Part shown: positions 10,950 to 23,852 of the stretch, piece by piece
How the letters are laid out: each line of letters begins with the position of its first letter
How positions within the stretch are numbered: position 1 is the stretch's first letter
NCBI RefSeq assembly: GCF_032191835.1
Contig: NC_083224.1
Coordinates: 117,924,001-117,988,000 of the forward strand
Origin: Heteronotia binoei
Taxonomy: Eukaryota
Direction of reading: 5' to 3'
Length of the DNA stretch: 64,000 bases
Position numbers and translations under genes: made by a program
The notes under the pieces: model-generated
The model's input: the letters and a program-made list of their open reading frames with translations, nothing else
Databases searched by the model: none
Told to the model about the DNA's origin: nothing

Positions 10950-13900
10950 CACTTTAATCATCTAACACCTGGCACTTTGCTTGCACTTTGCAGAAACTTT
11001 ATTATTTATTCGGTTTGATTTTTAGATTGGTTTAGCGCTAATTGATTATATATGATTGTAAGTTCTATTTATTTAGAATTGGGGGAGGGTTATGATTAAT
11101 TAGTGGTATTAGATTTATTTAAATTGAACCATTTAATTGCTACTATATCTGAATTTGATTTTTTGCTAATTAATTGGGGTGCTTAATTTGGGGAGGGTGG
11201 TGTTGTCTGGATTTTAGGGGAGGGTAACTGATTAGATTTGTAATTAATTGGCTAAGGTAATAAGTAGGTAGTTGGGATCAATTTAATTATTGGAATTTAG
11301 TCTAGTTAAATTAGTAGATAGGAATCAACTGTTGAGGATGTGTAGAGCAAATGGTATAGAAATAGATTAGATTAGTGCTGGGTATATGTTAGTTGGACCA
11401 TCCTGGCCTGATAACATTGTGTGGGGAGGATTATGGCTGGGTCAGGGATTCTGGTCATATGGGGGCAGGGGATATATGGTGGTGTGTCCAGGTCTTCGTG
11501 CTTTGGAAGAGGCCAGAGATGCAGGAATGCTTGGACCCCTTCCCACCTGCGGCCCATCCCAAGACATGTCGGTTGTGGGGCTAAGACAAATTACTCAGCT
11601 CCAATATTGGTGTTGGTTAATGCCAGATCTATCAACAACAAGATCTATACTCTATGGGATTATTTCATACAGCAACAGATAGATCTGGCATGTGTGACCG
11701 AGACCTGGGTGCATGACGGTGAAATTGTAGCTTTGAACCAACTTGACCCACCCGAGTTCTTTGTCTTCCACCAGTCCCGGGCAACTGGGTGGGGAGGGGG
11801 GTTGCAATGCTCATTCGTAACTGTTTTCCTTTCAGGGCACTCCCTGCCCCAAATATAACTGACATTGAATGTGTCGACCTGGTGTGGGAGGCCGAGAAGA
11901 GTTTGGCTATCTGGGTGGTGTACCGGCCACCTAACTCACCCCCAGAGAGCCTGCCTGCCCTGCTGAACATGGTATCGGCCTGGGCATTGGACTTCCCCAG
12001 GCTATTGGTCCTGGGGGATTTCAAAGTCCACGCTGATGATGTGGCATCCGTGCAGGCACAGGACCTAGTGTCATCCATGGAGACACTGGGACTCAGCCAG
12101 ATTATGTCAACCCCCACTCACCAAGCTGGTCACACACTGGACCTGATTTTTGGGGCTGGGATAACACCTGATCTGATAGCTGCTGCTTCAGTTCCATGGT
12201 CAGATCATTATGCCCTGAAAGTCTGAGTTGACTTGCAGCCTTCCTCCTGTTTAGGTGGCAGGCAGCTTTATGCTCACCCGTGGAGCCAATTGGACACAGA
12301 GCAGCTTCAAGAAGCTCTGCAGGATCCGATGCCCCCTGATGGGTTGTTAGATGAGCTAGTAGAGGATTGGTATTCCCGATTCTCTGCTGCCATCAATGAC
12401 ATCAGCCCCCAGTGTCCTCTACATCGCTGTACCAAATCAGCTCCATGGTATACCCTGGAGCTGAAAAGGATGAAACAGCAACTTAGATGGCTAGAGCAAA
12501 TGTGACGAAAATCTTATGATGAGGAGCAGGAGTCGTTTTGTAGAAAAATAGGTGGTGGAGCTCATCCAGGGATTGTTATGCAGCTGCACATACTAGTCAA
12601 TGGATCCAGTGGTGGAACTCTCAGGAGGAGGAGGTGGAACTCTCAGAAAGGTTCAGGAGCTGTGCTCCTGTGAGCTCCCACTGAATCTGAGGCCTGACAA
12701 GGAGTCTAGAACTTCTTATACAGCATTCATGAAGGCCTATGAAAAGGCAGTGAAGTCCATTAAGAAGGAATTCTATGCGGCCTCCATTGCGTCAGCGAAG
12801 TCATGCCCGGCCCAATTATTTAGAACGATTTGGTCATTGACTACACTGCCAACAGGCAATCTAAAAGCTAGAGAATTGGATATTGGCTGTGAGGCTTTTG
12901 CGACCTATTTCGCAGATAAGGTCTTGACTCCCCACCAAAACCTCCCTGCCACAGTTGATACAGTACAGGAGCTAGAAGCCCATTGCCTGTCTATGGGCCC
13001 CATATTGGACCACTTCAGCCATCTTACATGGGAAGATGTGGACAGGATCTTGGCTGCAGTGAAGCCGACCACTTGCCCACTGGACCCATGTCCATCCTGG
13101 CTTATTAAGGCAGGTGGTGAGGGTATCCAGGACTCTTTAGCTGATATTATCAATCTTTCCTTAGAAACAGAGACTTTTCCAGCTAAACTTAAAGTCGCAG
13201 TGGTCCACCCACTTTTGAAAAAGCCTTCCTTGGACCCGATGGTCCTGGCCCATTACCGCCCAGTCTCGAACTTATCGTTTCTGGATAAGGTAATTGAGAA
13301 AGCAGTAGCAGAGCAGTTCCAAGGTTTCCCGGAGGATACTTCTACCCTTGATCCCTTCCAGTCCGAATTTCATCCTGGTCATTGGGCAGAGACTGCTCTG
13401 GTCACCCTCATAGATGACCTTAGAAGGCATCTGGATCAAGGCGGGTCAGCACTGCTATTGTTGTTAGATCTTTCAGCATCATTTGACATGGTCATTTAAG
13501 ATCTAATGACCTACCACCTTGCTGATGTCGGAGTTCAAGGGGTAGCCTTACAGTGGCTTTCCTTCTTTCTCTGTGGTCGGGGACAAAGGGTGGCAATTGG
13601 TGAGCAGACCTCTCTGCGGCACCCACTTGAATGTGATGTGCATCAGGGAGCTATTCTCTCACCAATGATGTTTAACATCTATATGCGCCTCCTTGCCCAG
13701 ATTGCCTGAGGTTTTGGGCTGGGTTGTCACCAATATGCAGATAACACCCAGCTCTATCTGTTGATGGACGGCCATTCAGACGCCGCCCCACACCATCTGA
13801 CCAGGGCTGTAGAAGCCATGGCAGGTTGGCTGCAGTTAAACTGGCTGAAGCTTAATCCAACTAAGACAGAGGTCCTGTACCTGGGTCGGCGGGGGCGGGG

Positions 13901-14845
13901 TTAGGATTGGGCATCCAACTACCCATCCTAGATGGTGCCTCTTTGGTGCCAGCTCAGAAGGTGAGGAGTCTGGGGGTGATAGTGGACACCTCCCTTTCCA
14001 TGGAGGCCCAGGTCACAGCAGTTGTGCGATCTGCCTTCCACCATCTGCGACAGGCCAAACAGCTGATGCCCTATCTGACACCACAGGACCTAGCTACAGT
14101 GATCCACGCAACGTTCACTTCCAGGTTGGACTACTGTAACTTGCTCTACACAGACTTGCCCTGGAGACTGATCTGAAAATTCCTACTGGTGCAAAATGCA
14201 GCAGCATGGTTCCTAACTGGATTGCCTGTACAGGCAAGCATTCAACCAATGCTGTGCACATTGCACTGGTTACCAGTTGAGTAACAGATCCGCTTCAGGG
14301 TTTTAATATTGACATTAAAAGCCTTACATGGCCTGAGACCAACATACCTGCAGGACCACCTCTCCCCATATGAGCCCCGAAGGGCACTGCGATCGGCCAA
14401 CCAACATCTTCTGGTCATCCCTGGCCCTAAGGACATCTGTCTTGCCTCGGCCAGGGCCTTCTTGGCCCTGGCCCCAACTTGGTGAAATCAGCTCCCTGTG
14501 GAGATACAGGCCCTATTGGATTTGTTATCTTTCCATAGGGCTTGTAAGACAGAGCTGTTCCACCAGGCGTTTAGTGGAGGCAAGCGGGTATCCTTTACTG
14601 TATAGCCTATACCATCGGCTATCCTCCCCCACAGTGCGCCATCATCTGAACTACTACATCTGGACCACTGAATGATTATACCTTAATTTGCACTATGTGC
14701 CCACTCGCATTTGTTATATAATGCTGTTGTTTTAATTGTATTTATTGGTTTTATTGTATGTGACCTGTTTTACTTGAATGTAATCCGCCCTGAGCCCGTC
14801 TGGGAAAGGGCGGAATATAAATGTACCAAATAAATAAATAAATAA
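10950..14845 (+). mobile_element. Near full-length degenerate L2-clade LINE
   Basis: APE endonuclease motifs (VNARSINNK, CVTETW, GDF, GHTLDL, SDHY) and RT motifs (LDLSASFD, QGAILSP, YADNTQLY) are broken by stops and frameshifts. The 3' tail is (TAAA)n near 14830. The 5' boundary is approximate. Confidence 0.85.
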
Positions 14846-15367
14846 CATTCCTAGTTCTTTAAGAACTCAAACCAACCTGTGCCTCTCCAAACCAAAGAGC
14901 CTATGATGACTGTGATCTTGTGATTGCTGTTGCCCTAGGGCAGCCATTTTGTGGTGGTGTGCACTCTTCTTTCTCAGAACTTCCTACAGGTTCAGCAAGG
15001 CTGGAAGTCCCATTTCATGTTATATCCATGTTTATGGTTGGTGAGCTACCTGGCAAAAAAAAAAAATCTTGTCCCTTTAGGAAATTCTTAATGGGTTGTT
15101 ATTTATCTCCAAGCCATGAAGACATGTAATCCTCTATTTTTCCCCAGGCCTGTTTGCAAAACCGGCTCCCCCCCCCAATCATTTTTGTCCTGTCTTTTCT
15201 GTTTATGTTTTTTTTAATCATTTCATTTTTACCCCACTCTTTCTCCAAGGAGCTCAAACATTGCCCCATACCATTTTGTCTCCACATTTTGTGAGATGGT
15301 TTAGGCTGTGAAGCCCAAAGTCATCTGATGAATGATCTGAGTGAAGATCTGAGCCTGATTCTCTGCA

Positions 15368-15600
15368 AACATAAGAAGCCATGTTGGATCAGGCCAATGG
15401 CCCATCCAGTCCAACACTCTGTGTCACACAGTGGCCAAAAAAACCATGTGCCATCAGGAGGTCCACCAGTGGGGCCAGGACACTAGGAGCCCTCCCACTG
15501 TGCCCCTCCAAGCACCAAGAATACAGAGCATCACTGCCCCAGACAGAGAGTTCTAACGATAAGCTATGGCTAATAGTCACTGATGGACCTCTGCTCCATA
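15368..15600 (+). mobile_element. CR1-type 3' end fragment
   Basis: ACATAAGAAGCCATGTTGGATCAGGCCAATGGCCCATCCAGTCCAACACTCTG resembles squamate CR1 3' sequence. A related reverse copy lies at about 34216-34300. Confidence 0.6.
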
Positions 15601-16449
15601 TGCCCATACAACATAATCTTACACATGATCTCAAATTCAAGTTTAGAATTCTGTATGTTTTACTATGTATGTTTTTCAGCAAATATATTTGAAAGGGAAT
15701 AGATTTATGGTATCAAGACTACTGTACAAAAATCCATGCATCCCTTTGAGTGTAGAGATTTGAACTCAAAATATTTTGTCAAAATTCACCTTTCCTATGA
15801 CCTTGTAAAATAACCCACACTCACTTTCACAAAAGAGTCAGCTTTAATGACACTACTTATAAACTGTAACAGGGATATTGTGAGGCTTAATGTCTCCAAA
15901 ACACTTTATCGTCCTCATCCAGGAGGAGCAATAAAAAAGTCTGAAACACTATGAATAATAATGGAACATTGGCACTTTAAACATAAAACAGCCAACCAAA
16001 TATCATGAACGTCCTCGAGAGAATGTAAAATTCATTGCAGCATCCATACCAAACTGGGTGTGAAAAAGACAGAAGTAGATCACTGTGAGACCCTGAAGGA
16101 GCTATAGCAACTTTTTACCACACGACTTTTTACTAAATACCTTGATAGTACAAGATCCTGTCTGAAGAAGTATGAATTAAAGATTGAACCCAATCTCTCT
16201 ATGAATGGACTGAATATGGGGAAAGCCTCCCCAAAATCTCATTTTGAGGCTGAGGGTGCCCTTGGGAATTTTATTTATTTATTTACTTACTTACTTTGGA
16301 TTTATATGTCACCCACTCCACAAAGTGGACTCTGGGCAGCAAACAGTCATAGTAAAAGCAATTTGAATTACAATTTTAAGTGATAAAAATGTATAAACAA
16401 TTTAAAAACTAAACATTTGGTGCTATAGAAAAGATTTTGTAACACAGGT

Positions 16450-16734
16450 GGAGAGCCAGTTCGGTGTAGTGGTTAAGTGTGCGGACTCTTATCTGGGAGA
16501 ACCGGGTTTGATTCCCCACTCCTTCACTTGCACCTGCTAGCATGGCCTTGGGTCAGCCATAGCTCTGGCAGAGGTTGTCCTTGAAAGGGCAGCTGCTGTG
16601 AGAGCCCTCTCCAGCCCCACCCACCTCACAGGGTGTCTGTTGTGGGGGAGGAAGGTAAAGGAGATTGTGAGCCGCTCTGAGACTCTTCGGAGTGGAGGGC
16701 GGGATATAAATCCAATATCTTCTTCTTCTTCTTC
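16450..16734 (+). mobile_element. tRNA-derived SINE, Squam3-like (full length)
   Basis: tRNA-like head with an A box (GGTGTAGTGG) and B box (GGTTTGATTCC), a MIR/L2-like body and tail, and a (CTT)n end. Confidence 0.85.
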
Positions 16735-16879
16735 AAATTATATTATCTCTGTTCTTCTGTTAATCTGTTAGTGGTCCTACAGATAATATTGGTTGGCGGC
16801 CTCATCCCACATTAGTTGTTGTAGACCTATCAAAAGAGCTCAGTTTTGCAGGCCCTGCAAAATGACACTACTTATAAAC

Positions 16880-17515
16880 TGTAACAGGGAAAGGTCCCAC
16901 AGGGTTCTTATGGCCTCTGGGAGAGCAATCCATAGCATCAGTGCTGCCACTGAGAAGGCCCTGGCCGATGTAGAACTTAGTCTGGCCTCCCTTGGTCCGG
17001 GGTTGGATAGCATATTTTGGACTCCTGAATGCAGTGCTCTCTAGGGTGTATATGGGGAAAGGTGGTCCCTTAGATAGACAGGTCTTCGGCCATATAGGGC
17101 TTTAAAGGTCAATTTGTTGTTGTTCAGTCGCATAGTCGAGTCTGACTCTTTGCGACACCATGGACAAAGTTACGCCAGGCCCTCCTGTCTTCTACCATCC
17201 TCCAAAGTCTGCTCAAATTTGTGTTAGTTACATCAGTAACGCTGTCCAGCCATCTCATCTTTTACCGTCCCCTTCTTCTTTTACCTTCTGTCTTTCCCAG
17301 CATCAGGGTCTTCTCCAGTGAGTGTTCATTTGGTGGCCAAAGTATTTGAGCTTCAGCTTCAGCATCTGACCTTCCAGGGAACAGTCAGGACTGACTGTTT
17401 CCCTTAGGACTGACTGATTTGATCTTCTTGCAATCCACTGCAGATGGAAAAAGGCAGATTTGGCAGTGGCTGCTAACTGGGCCTCCACAGTCAGAGAGGA
17501 CTCCAGGGGCATTCC
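16880..17515 (-). mobile_element. L2 3' fragment interrupted by a BovB 3' fragment (about 17113-17425)
   Basis: L2 peptides (LTVEAQLAATAKSAFFHL) flank BovB 3' end sequence (NQSVLRE..PDCSLEGQMLKLKLKYFGH; TTGTTGTTCAGTCG tail). Confidence 0.75.
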
Positions 17516-17662
17516 CAGACTCCTGACCTTTGGGGCTTAGAATACCCTGGGATATAGAAAAAACATAGGAATCAGCAGAAATGACTCCTAAATTTTGCAG
17601 AAGTAGAACAAGTAGTGCAAACTGAGAAAAATTTCATGCAACATTCCTCCCTCTTGTTGTAT

Positions 17663-18010
17663 CTAGGGATAGGCATAAACCAAATTACGAACCAGGTTTC
17701 ATTACTAACTAAATTGCCTTCCCTTTAATCCTTGATGTGTGCTACTGTTGTGGCATGACTTGGGGAGGGAGGGAGGGGGAGGCATTTAAAAATCCCCCCT
17801 TCCCTTCCATAGTCATGCCACCTTGGTGGCATGCCTCCATAACTCAAGGATAGGCAGTTTGCCTTCACTTCACTTCTGGGAGTGTGCTGTCGCTGCAGTG
17901 CAACACGGGGAGGGGGGCAGAGGCATTTAAAATTTCTCCTCTTCATGAACCCCACAAAACTGAACTGGTTCAGGAAATGGAAATTTTGTGAAGGTTCACA
18001 AATCATCTAG
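17663..18010. mobile_element. MITE-like element (TAGGGAT.GGCA terminus family)
   Basis: Starts TAGGGATAGGCATAAACC and ends GGTTCACAAATCATCTA. A related terminus TTCGTGCCCATCTCTA occurs at about 10720-10735. The right TIR is degenerate. Confidence 0.45.
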
Positions 18011-18623
18011 AGCACAGCATAAAGCTGAGGAGCTAAGTCCCACCCCCTCCCCACAGCTGTGCATCTACCATTGTGTTCAAATGTGTGCATGGAGGAAAAC
18101 TGCTCCCAGAAACATATAGGTAGTGCAACTCCTAAGTCTCAGGTAGCTTTTGCCAGGCGTATGGTTGTCAGTGGGAGTCAAAGAAAGTCATGTAGCTTTA
18201 TAAAACAAGAAAATATACTCTTTGGAGAGCAGCCTCTTGTTGAACATTAATATCCCTTTTCTATGATTGCCATAATCCTAGGCCTATAGTAGTGTGTGCT
18301 TTAGGCCTTTTGTCAAGACCCAGAGAAAATGGATTGTTGGCAAGAACAACCAGGAACAAGAATAAGCACCTTTCCCCATCATAGGAGCCAGTGTAACTGC
18401 CAATCAACTCTGTGACAAGTATCTGATGAGTATCTGACATATAGTGACTTACACAACAGAGCTCAACTCTTTCTCTCTATCTCTCTGAAATCATGAGGGT
18501 ATGGGAAAGCTGGGTCAAACTAGTTGATTCAGAGAGTCCTAACTAAGACAGTCTCAGGAAACTAGGCTCTGATGATCTACTTAGAATTTTATAGTATATA
18601 AAAATTCCAAAATGCAAGTCATG

Positions 18624-18883
18624 AGAAGAAGAAGACCAAAGATTTATACCCCACCCTTCTCTCTGAATCAGAGTCTCAGAGCAGCTTTCAATCTCCTTTA
18701 TCTTCTTCCCCCACAACAGACATCCTGTGAGGGGTGAGAGAGCTCTCAGAGATGCTGCCCTTTCAAGGACAACTCTTGCAAGAGCTATGGCTGACCCAAG
18801 GCCATTCCAGTGGAGGAATGGGGAATCAAACCCAGTTCTCCCAGATAAGAGTCCACACACTTAACCACTACACCAAACGGCTG
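18624..18883 (-). mobile_element. Squam3-like SINE
   Basis: Reverse-complement homologue of 16450-16734. Confidence 0.85.
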
Positions 18884-20877
18884 TTATCTGAACCAGGAAG
18901 GTTGCATAACTCAATGTAATGTGAAGTATCCTAAATCCTCCTGGGAAACAACCAATGTTTCAGCTATGGAGTCTAATTAATATATAAATTGAAATAGCAC
19001 TGGGTTAACATAGGCAGATGACTGAGACTCAATCCAGTGCTAATTCCACAACAGTTTTCACCCTTTGATGCTACGTCATCTGCCTCATTTGTGGGATTTA
19101 CTACATGGTGGTTGATACATAGGTACAAAGCTGGACTTTGCCGTGATACAAAAGGTCATCCCAACAACCCAGGCCTCAATAAGATACAAAGCTAAATTTA
19201 TCAATTAGTATGAAATCAAATCTCAATACGTTCAGAAGATGCAGGAGTAGAGTATCTTATCCAGATTTCTTTTAGGCCTTGGATTAATTTAGATCCTAGA
19301 CTTGGCAATAAATCACTTGGGAATTTCCTTTAATAATTATTCCATATACTTTTACTCTTAATAATAATACTAATATATATCGGCAGTAAAAATTACAGTA
19401 ATATAGGTTAAAGGATATTTTCAAATGATTTTAATTTCTGAAATCATAAAAAGCTTTACAAAACAAATTTTAAGCTAGTCCAAATAAATAATTATGGTGT
19501 AATGGTTAGCACTCCGTTAGAATATTGGTTCTACATTAACCCATAATAATACTTCTAACTAAGCATTTAAGGAATCCCTACAGGGGGGAAATGTTCACAA
19601 ATTGTCTTGTCTTTCCTTCATTTCTTCCTGCATATAATTTCTGTGTGAAGCCAGCTGAAAAAGTGTTCAGTGGCATAGACAGTCTGTAGACCTTTGTAAA
19701 AAAAACCTTGCAGTTCTCAAAATTAGCAGAACTGACAGAAAAATAATAAAAAAAATAAACAGAGTTCAGAAGTCCAACATCCAAAGTTCTCTTTAGGTGG
19801 GTGGTTCAGTTATCTCCACTGTGCTTTAGAATCTCTGCTTTTCTAGTTCTGCTTTTCTGGAATGAAACCCATGTAGCCAAGAAAGGATTCAAGTCAGTTG
19901 GATTTGCCCCCCTCCCTCCTTTGAGCAGGTCAGGATACCCTTGGCTATTCCTGCCAGCAACCCATTTTTTCTGGGTCCTGCCAAGAACCTCCAAGGATAT
20001 TCTTTATAAAACTACTCTGCACAATGTTTAAGTATTAAATTTTTATTAAGGATGTATTTTAATATGTTTTAATGGATTTACATTTGGATTTAAACTTAAA
20101 TAAATAAGAGGTTTTTTAGAACAATTGTCTCTTTCTTGATGCAATTGGGAAACCATCTTCTCTCCTTACCCAAATGAACACAATGGAAATGGGAGTGTAT
20201 GAATGGGTGCCTGCACCCCTAATTTCCCCAACATTAGTGCTGGATGTCACCATCACCTGATGTGAGGGACAAAAACTGTAATTGTGATATTCTGCAGGGG
20301 TTCCTCTCTAAGATTTCATGGGTAAAGGCCTAAATCTATGCTTGGCAAATTGCTGAAGTCATAGTCTATGCCAATTTGAGGCCTGCATCTCAGTGTAAGT
20401 TTGTACCACCTAATATGGTTCTTAAAAGTAGAAAAAGCTAGCTTTATTGTTTTGTGTTCAGTGTGGTTTTTGGTAATCTGTTGGCTATTTTAATATTAAC
20501 TTGTCTATTTTTTTAATAAATTATATAAATATTTTTAAAATAATATCACTCTGAATATTTGTGTGCTTTTGCCCTGCTAACTCATGAGGCCAACCTGTTC
20601 AGCTCTTTGACAGGCTGTGCAAGGTCTATACAAGAAATTCCAATCATCCTGGCTCCTTTCTCCATCCAGAAGCCACTTCCAACCCTGGAACGTTTATTCC
20701 CAGTGTTTTAAGACCCAGGACTCACATGCAATAAGCCCATACAAGTTGGGAGGCTGCAATCAGGAGGAGTCTCCAGGCCTTTGCTCACTCAAGAGGCAGG
20801 AGAGCTATTCTGACTTCTTTTCCCTTCCCACTGCAGGCTCCCTACCCACATGTCTATTAATCTACACAGGTCTCACG

Positions 20878-21154
20878 TAGGGTTCCCAGCCTCCCACTGA
20901 GGGGCAAAGTTTTCCCTGGTTTGGAAGCCCCCAACCCACAAGCACAGAACTGGCCAGCAGGGGGATCTCCACTCCCAAAGAGCTCCATCGGTGCCTGACG
21001 TGCCCAGCATGATAACATTACAAAAAAGTGACATCATCACATTATGCACATGCAGCGGGGGACTCGGTTAAAATTCTATAGTACCATAGAGTTTTTAACC
21101 CAAATACTAGAGGAACATCCCCCACCCAGAGCCAGGTAAGACCTGGCAACCCTA
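20878..21154. mobile_element. hAT-type MITE (TAGGGTTGCCA family)
   Basis: TIRs TAGGGTTCCCAG / CTGGCAACCCTA, with an 8-bp TSD GTCTCACG / GTCTCATG. Confidence 0.8.
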
Positions 21155-21250
21155 GTCTCATGACCTCAGAAATAAACTTTCCCAAGGTCAAAAATGGCTG
21201 TTGGGAGGAAGGGAAGCTAGGAAGATCAGCAACTATCTATATGTTCTGAC

Positions 21251-21825
21251 TGTCATGCTATGGGGTGCCAGCAGAGTGAGACTCAGTCCCAGGCAGTGTA
21301 TCAGCCAAAGAGTAGAGGAAAAGTAAGTCCCAAAGAGCAGGGTCTCCAGCCAGTCCGAGGTCAGAAGCTAGGAAAGAACAATGTCCAAAACACTAACCAA
21401 AAGCTGAGTCATTCAAGCTAAGGGTCCAGAAGCCAAGGATCAGGTTTCACAGCAAGACAGGGTGAGGACAGTCACAAAGTTCAACATGTTGCGCTCACGA
21501 AGGAATCTGCCCAGAGCAGGGAGCTTAATAGCTTGCTGCAGCTATTTCCAATTAGCAAGCCATCAAGAGAGCACTTTGCCTATGGCCTCGCCTCTCTGTG
21601 TCTGAGGGCCCAATCCTGGCGTAGTCTCTCTCGCAGTCATGTCATTTGTGGGGGTGAGTCAAGGAGGCTCTGTGCTTGTGGCTGCTCAACTGCAGGGAGT
21701 GAGGGCGGCCACAGCCGTCAGTTTCTTCTGAGGGACTGGCAGCTGTGCTGTCAGACGGCTGAGCTGTTTGTTCTGCTACTTCTGCAGCCAGCAGCTCCCC
21801 TTCAGCATCAGCATTGCCCATGACA
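21251..21825. mobile_element. Solo LTR (575 bp), probably Ty3/gypsy-like
   Basis: Termini TGTCATG...CATGACA, with a 5-bp TSD CTGAC (21246-21250 and 21826-21830). Confidence 0.8.
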
Positions 21826-22672
21826 CTGACAAACAGATTGCAGGATCCAGCCCTTCCTGGTTTTCATTTGATTTATCTTTTGTATTCATATTTGCACATG
21901 GATGAATTGGAACAGAAACAACAGAAATATTGTATGTATGTAGAATCTATATCATATATAGATTGTGAACATATTAAAGAAGTTTGGCCTCTAGCTTTCT
22001 AGAGCAATTCTCTCCATGTCAAGGAAGAAGGAGGGGGAGAATGGAAAACCCTTCATTCCTGTTAACTTATTTCAGCAATTGGAATAGACTGTGATATTTA
22101 AATGTTGTTTTTTTTAAGATTCACAAGGGTCGATGTGCAAGATTTGGGGCATCTCAAGAAGACAGGCTCCCATCTGCTAGTAAATTGTACTGCTTGTTCA
22201 GAAGATCCATACTACCTGAACTTTAGTTATAAACAATGTTTTCTTACAATTCTTTCATTTTCATACAGCTAGGTACAAAACTCTGCTGTATCATTCTTTG
22301 GTATTAAATAGGGACAAAGCAAAGAGATTGGTACATATCCACTATGAATAATATTAAAAATAAATTTAGCTTATCTTGGGGGTTTTTTGCCCTTCCTTCC
22401 TTATATGGGCATCAAAGGCAACAAAGCTTATCAAGACTCATACAATGGTCAGATCATACAGTGACTAAAATTTCAAGCATTTCTATGGTCTGCATAGCTA
22501 ACTGCGCTTGAGGAAATGTTATGTCCTCAGCATAGATTGTATGTGTGTGTGTAAACTTTGTAACTGCTGTACATTGTATAAAAATTGACAGCACACATAT
22601 CCTAGCACCTGAATACAAAGCATGATTTGTCCTGTCCTCCTCTCTGTGAACGTTTTGGAAATATGATACTAT

Positions 22673-22829
22673 CAGTGTTCCCTCTAAGCTGAGTTAGTGT
22701 GAGCTAGCTCACAGGTTTTTAACCTCCAGCTCACACATTTTTGTCTTAGCTCAGAAAAAAATAGCCCCAGAGAAAATTAATTTATACGGTAACTTGCTCA
22801 CAAGACTACACAGCTTAGAGGAAGTATTG
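22673..22829. mobile_element. hAT-type MITE (CAGTGTTCCCTCTAAGCTG family)
   Basis: TIR CAGTGTTCCCTCTAAGCTG with a degenerate right TIR and a perfect 8-bp TSD GATACTAT. Confidence 0.85.
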
Positions 22830-23852
22830 GATACTATCCCATGTCAGTTGTACTTGAAGATCATAGAGTGTGATGTGACTCTGTCTATACAATATTGGAT
22901 CTAAGTTTATTCAAGGGTCAACATCTTGAAAAGGCAGATGCTTCCCCACTCATTTGAAAATGTCCTATTCTAGCACTGACTTGCAGTATTTTTTTTTTAA
23001 ATGTTGCACAGCTATTTCTATACACCACTAAGCAGAAGGGGGGTTAGAAAAAGGATGGAGGGTAAGTGAATGTGCATCATTCCTTCTTTTCTCAGGCTGA
23101 GATGACTTCTAATATGAACAAGCCCTTAGAGAAATTCACAAATGTATTCTTTAGTGTTCACAGTAATTGCTTGGTTTTTTTGCTGGAGAGCTGTAATACG
23201 TTAATGTGCTCTACTGGCTTGGGTTCTCATCCCACAAATTAAAACACTCATTTACAAGCAAGCAGCATTTGTAACTGAGTAAGACTGAAATGTTCCAAAA
23301 GTGCAGTGGGGTTAAGCAGTCTGGGGGATTCTAAAACCAGGAGTCTGATTATGCAAGGAGGAAATAAATGTGATGCTTTCTTGATTTCTGACTGCCTTTT
23401 CTAAGTTCTCCCTGTAAAATGTATTGTCTACAGAATGCTGCAATAATGTCTATGATAAGCACAAGAAAGCAGATGCCAGGAGGATGAATTTTATTGCTAG
23501 TAGTTTTAAGACTACAGACTCTTTCTATTGAATGATAATGAAAGGTGAGTCTTTAACATCCATATTTGAAACAAATGAACAAAATACTTAAACTTAAACA
23601 AAATACTTTGGAGTGTGCCCATGTTAATACTAAAGCAACCAAGCCACAACTGTAACTTTGCTTGGACATTCTTGGCATTTTTGTGATACTGGCACAGAGC
23701 AGCTGAAGGGAGACACTGACCACATCTATTCAAAATCTGCCATGCCACTTGCTATGAACTGACCTGTCCACATACTGATTAGAATAAAGGTACTGATCTT
23801 TAGAGACTCACAGCCTGTGTCAGTACCGTCCCCTGCACACATACACTGCTTG

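Noticed and set aside
19494-19514. 21-nt match to the tRNA-Gln D-arm region (ATGGTGTAATGGTTAGCACTC)
   Set aside because: There is no anticodon arm, T arm or acceptor stem, so it is not a tRNA gene. At most it is a relic.
23434-23544. Plus-strand exon-like segment (CTACAG| ... GAAAG|GTGAGT)
   Set aside because: It has stop codons in all three frames and no supporting neighbouring exons.
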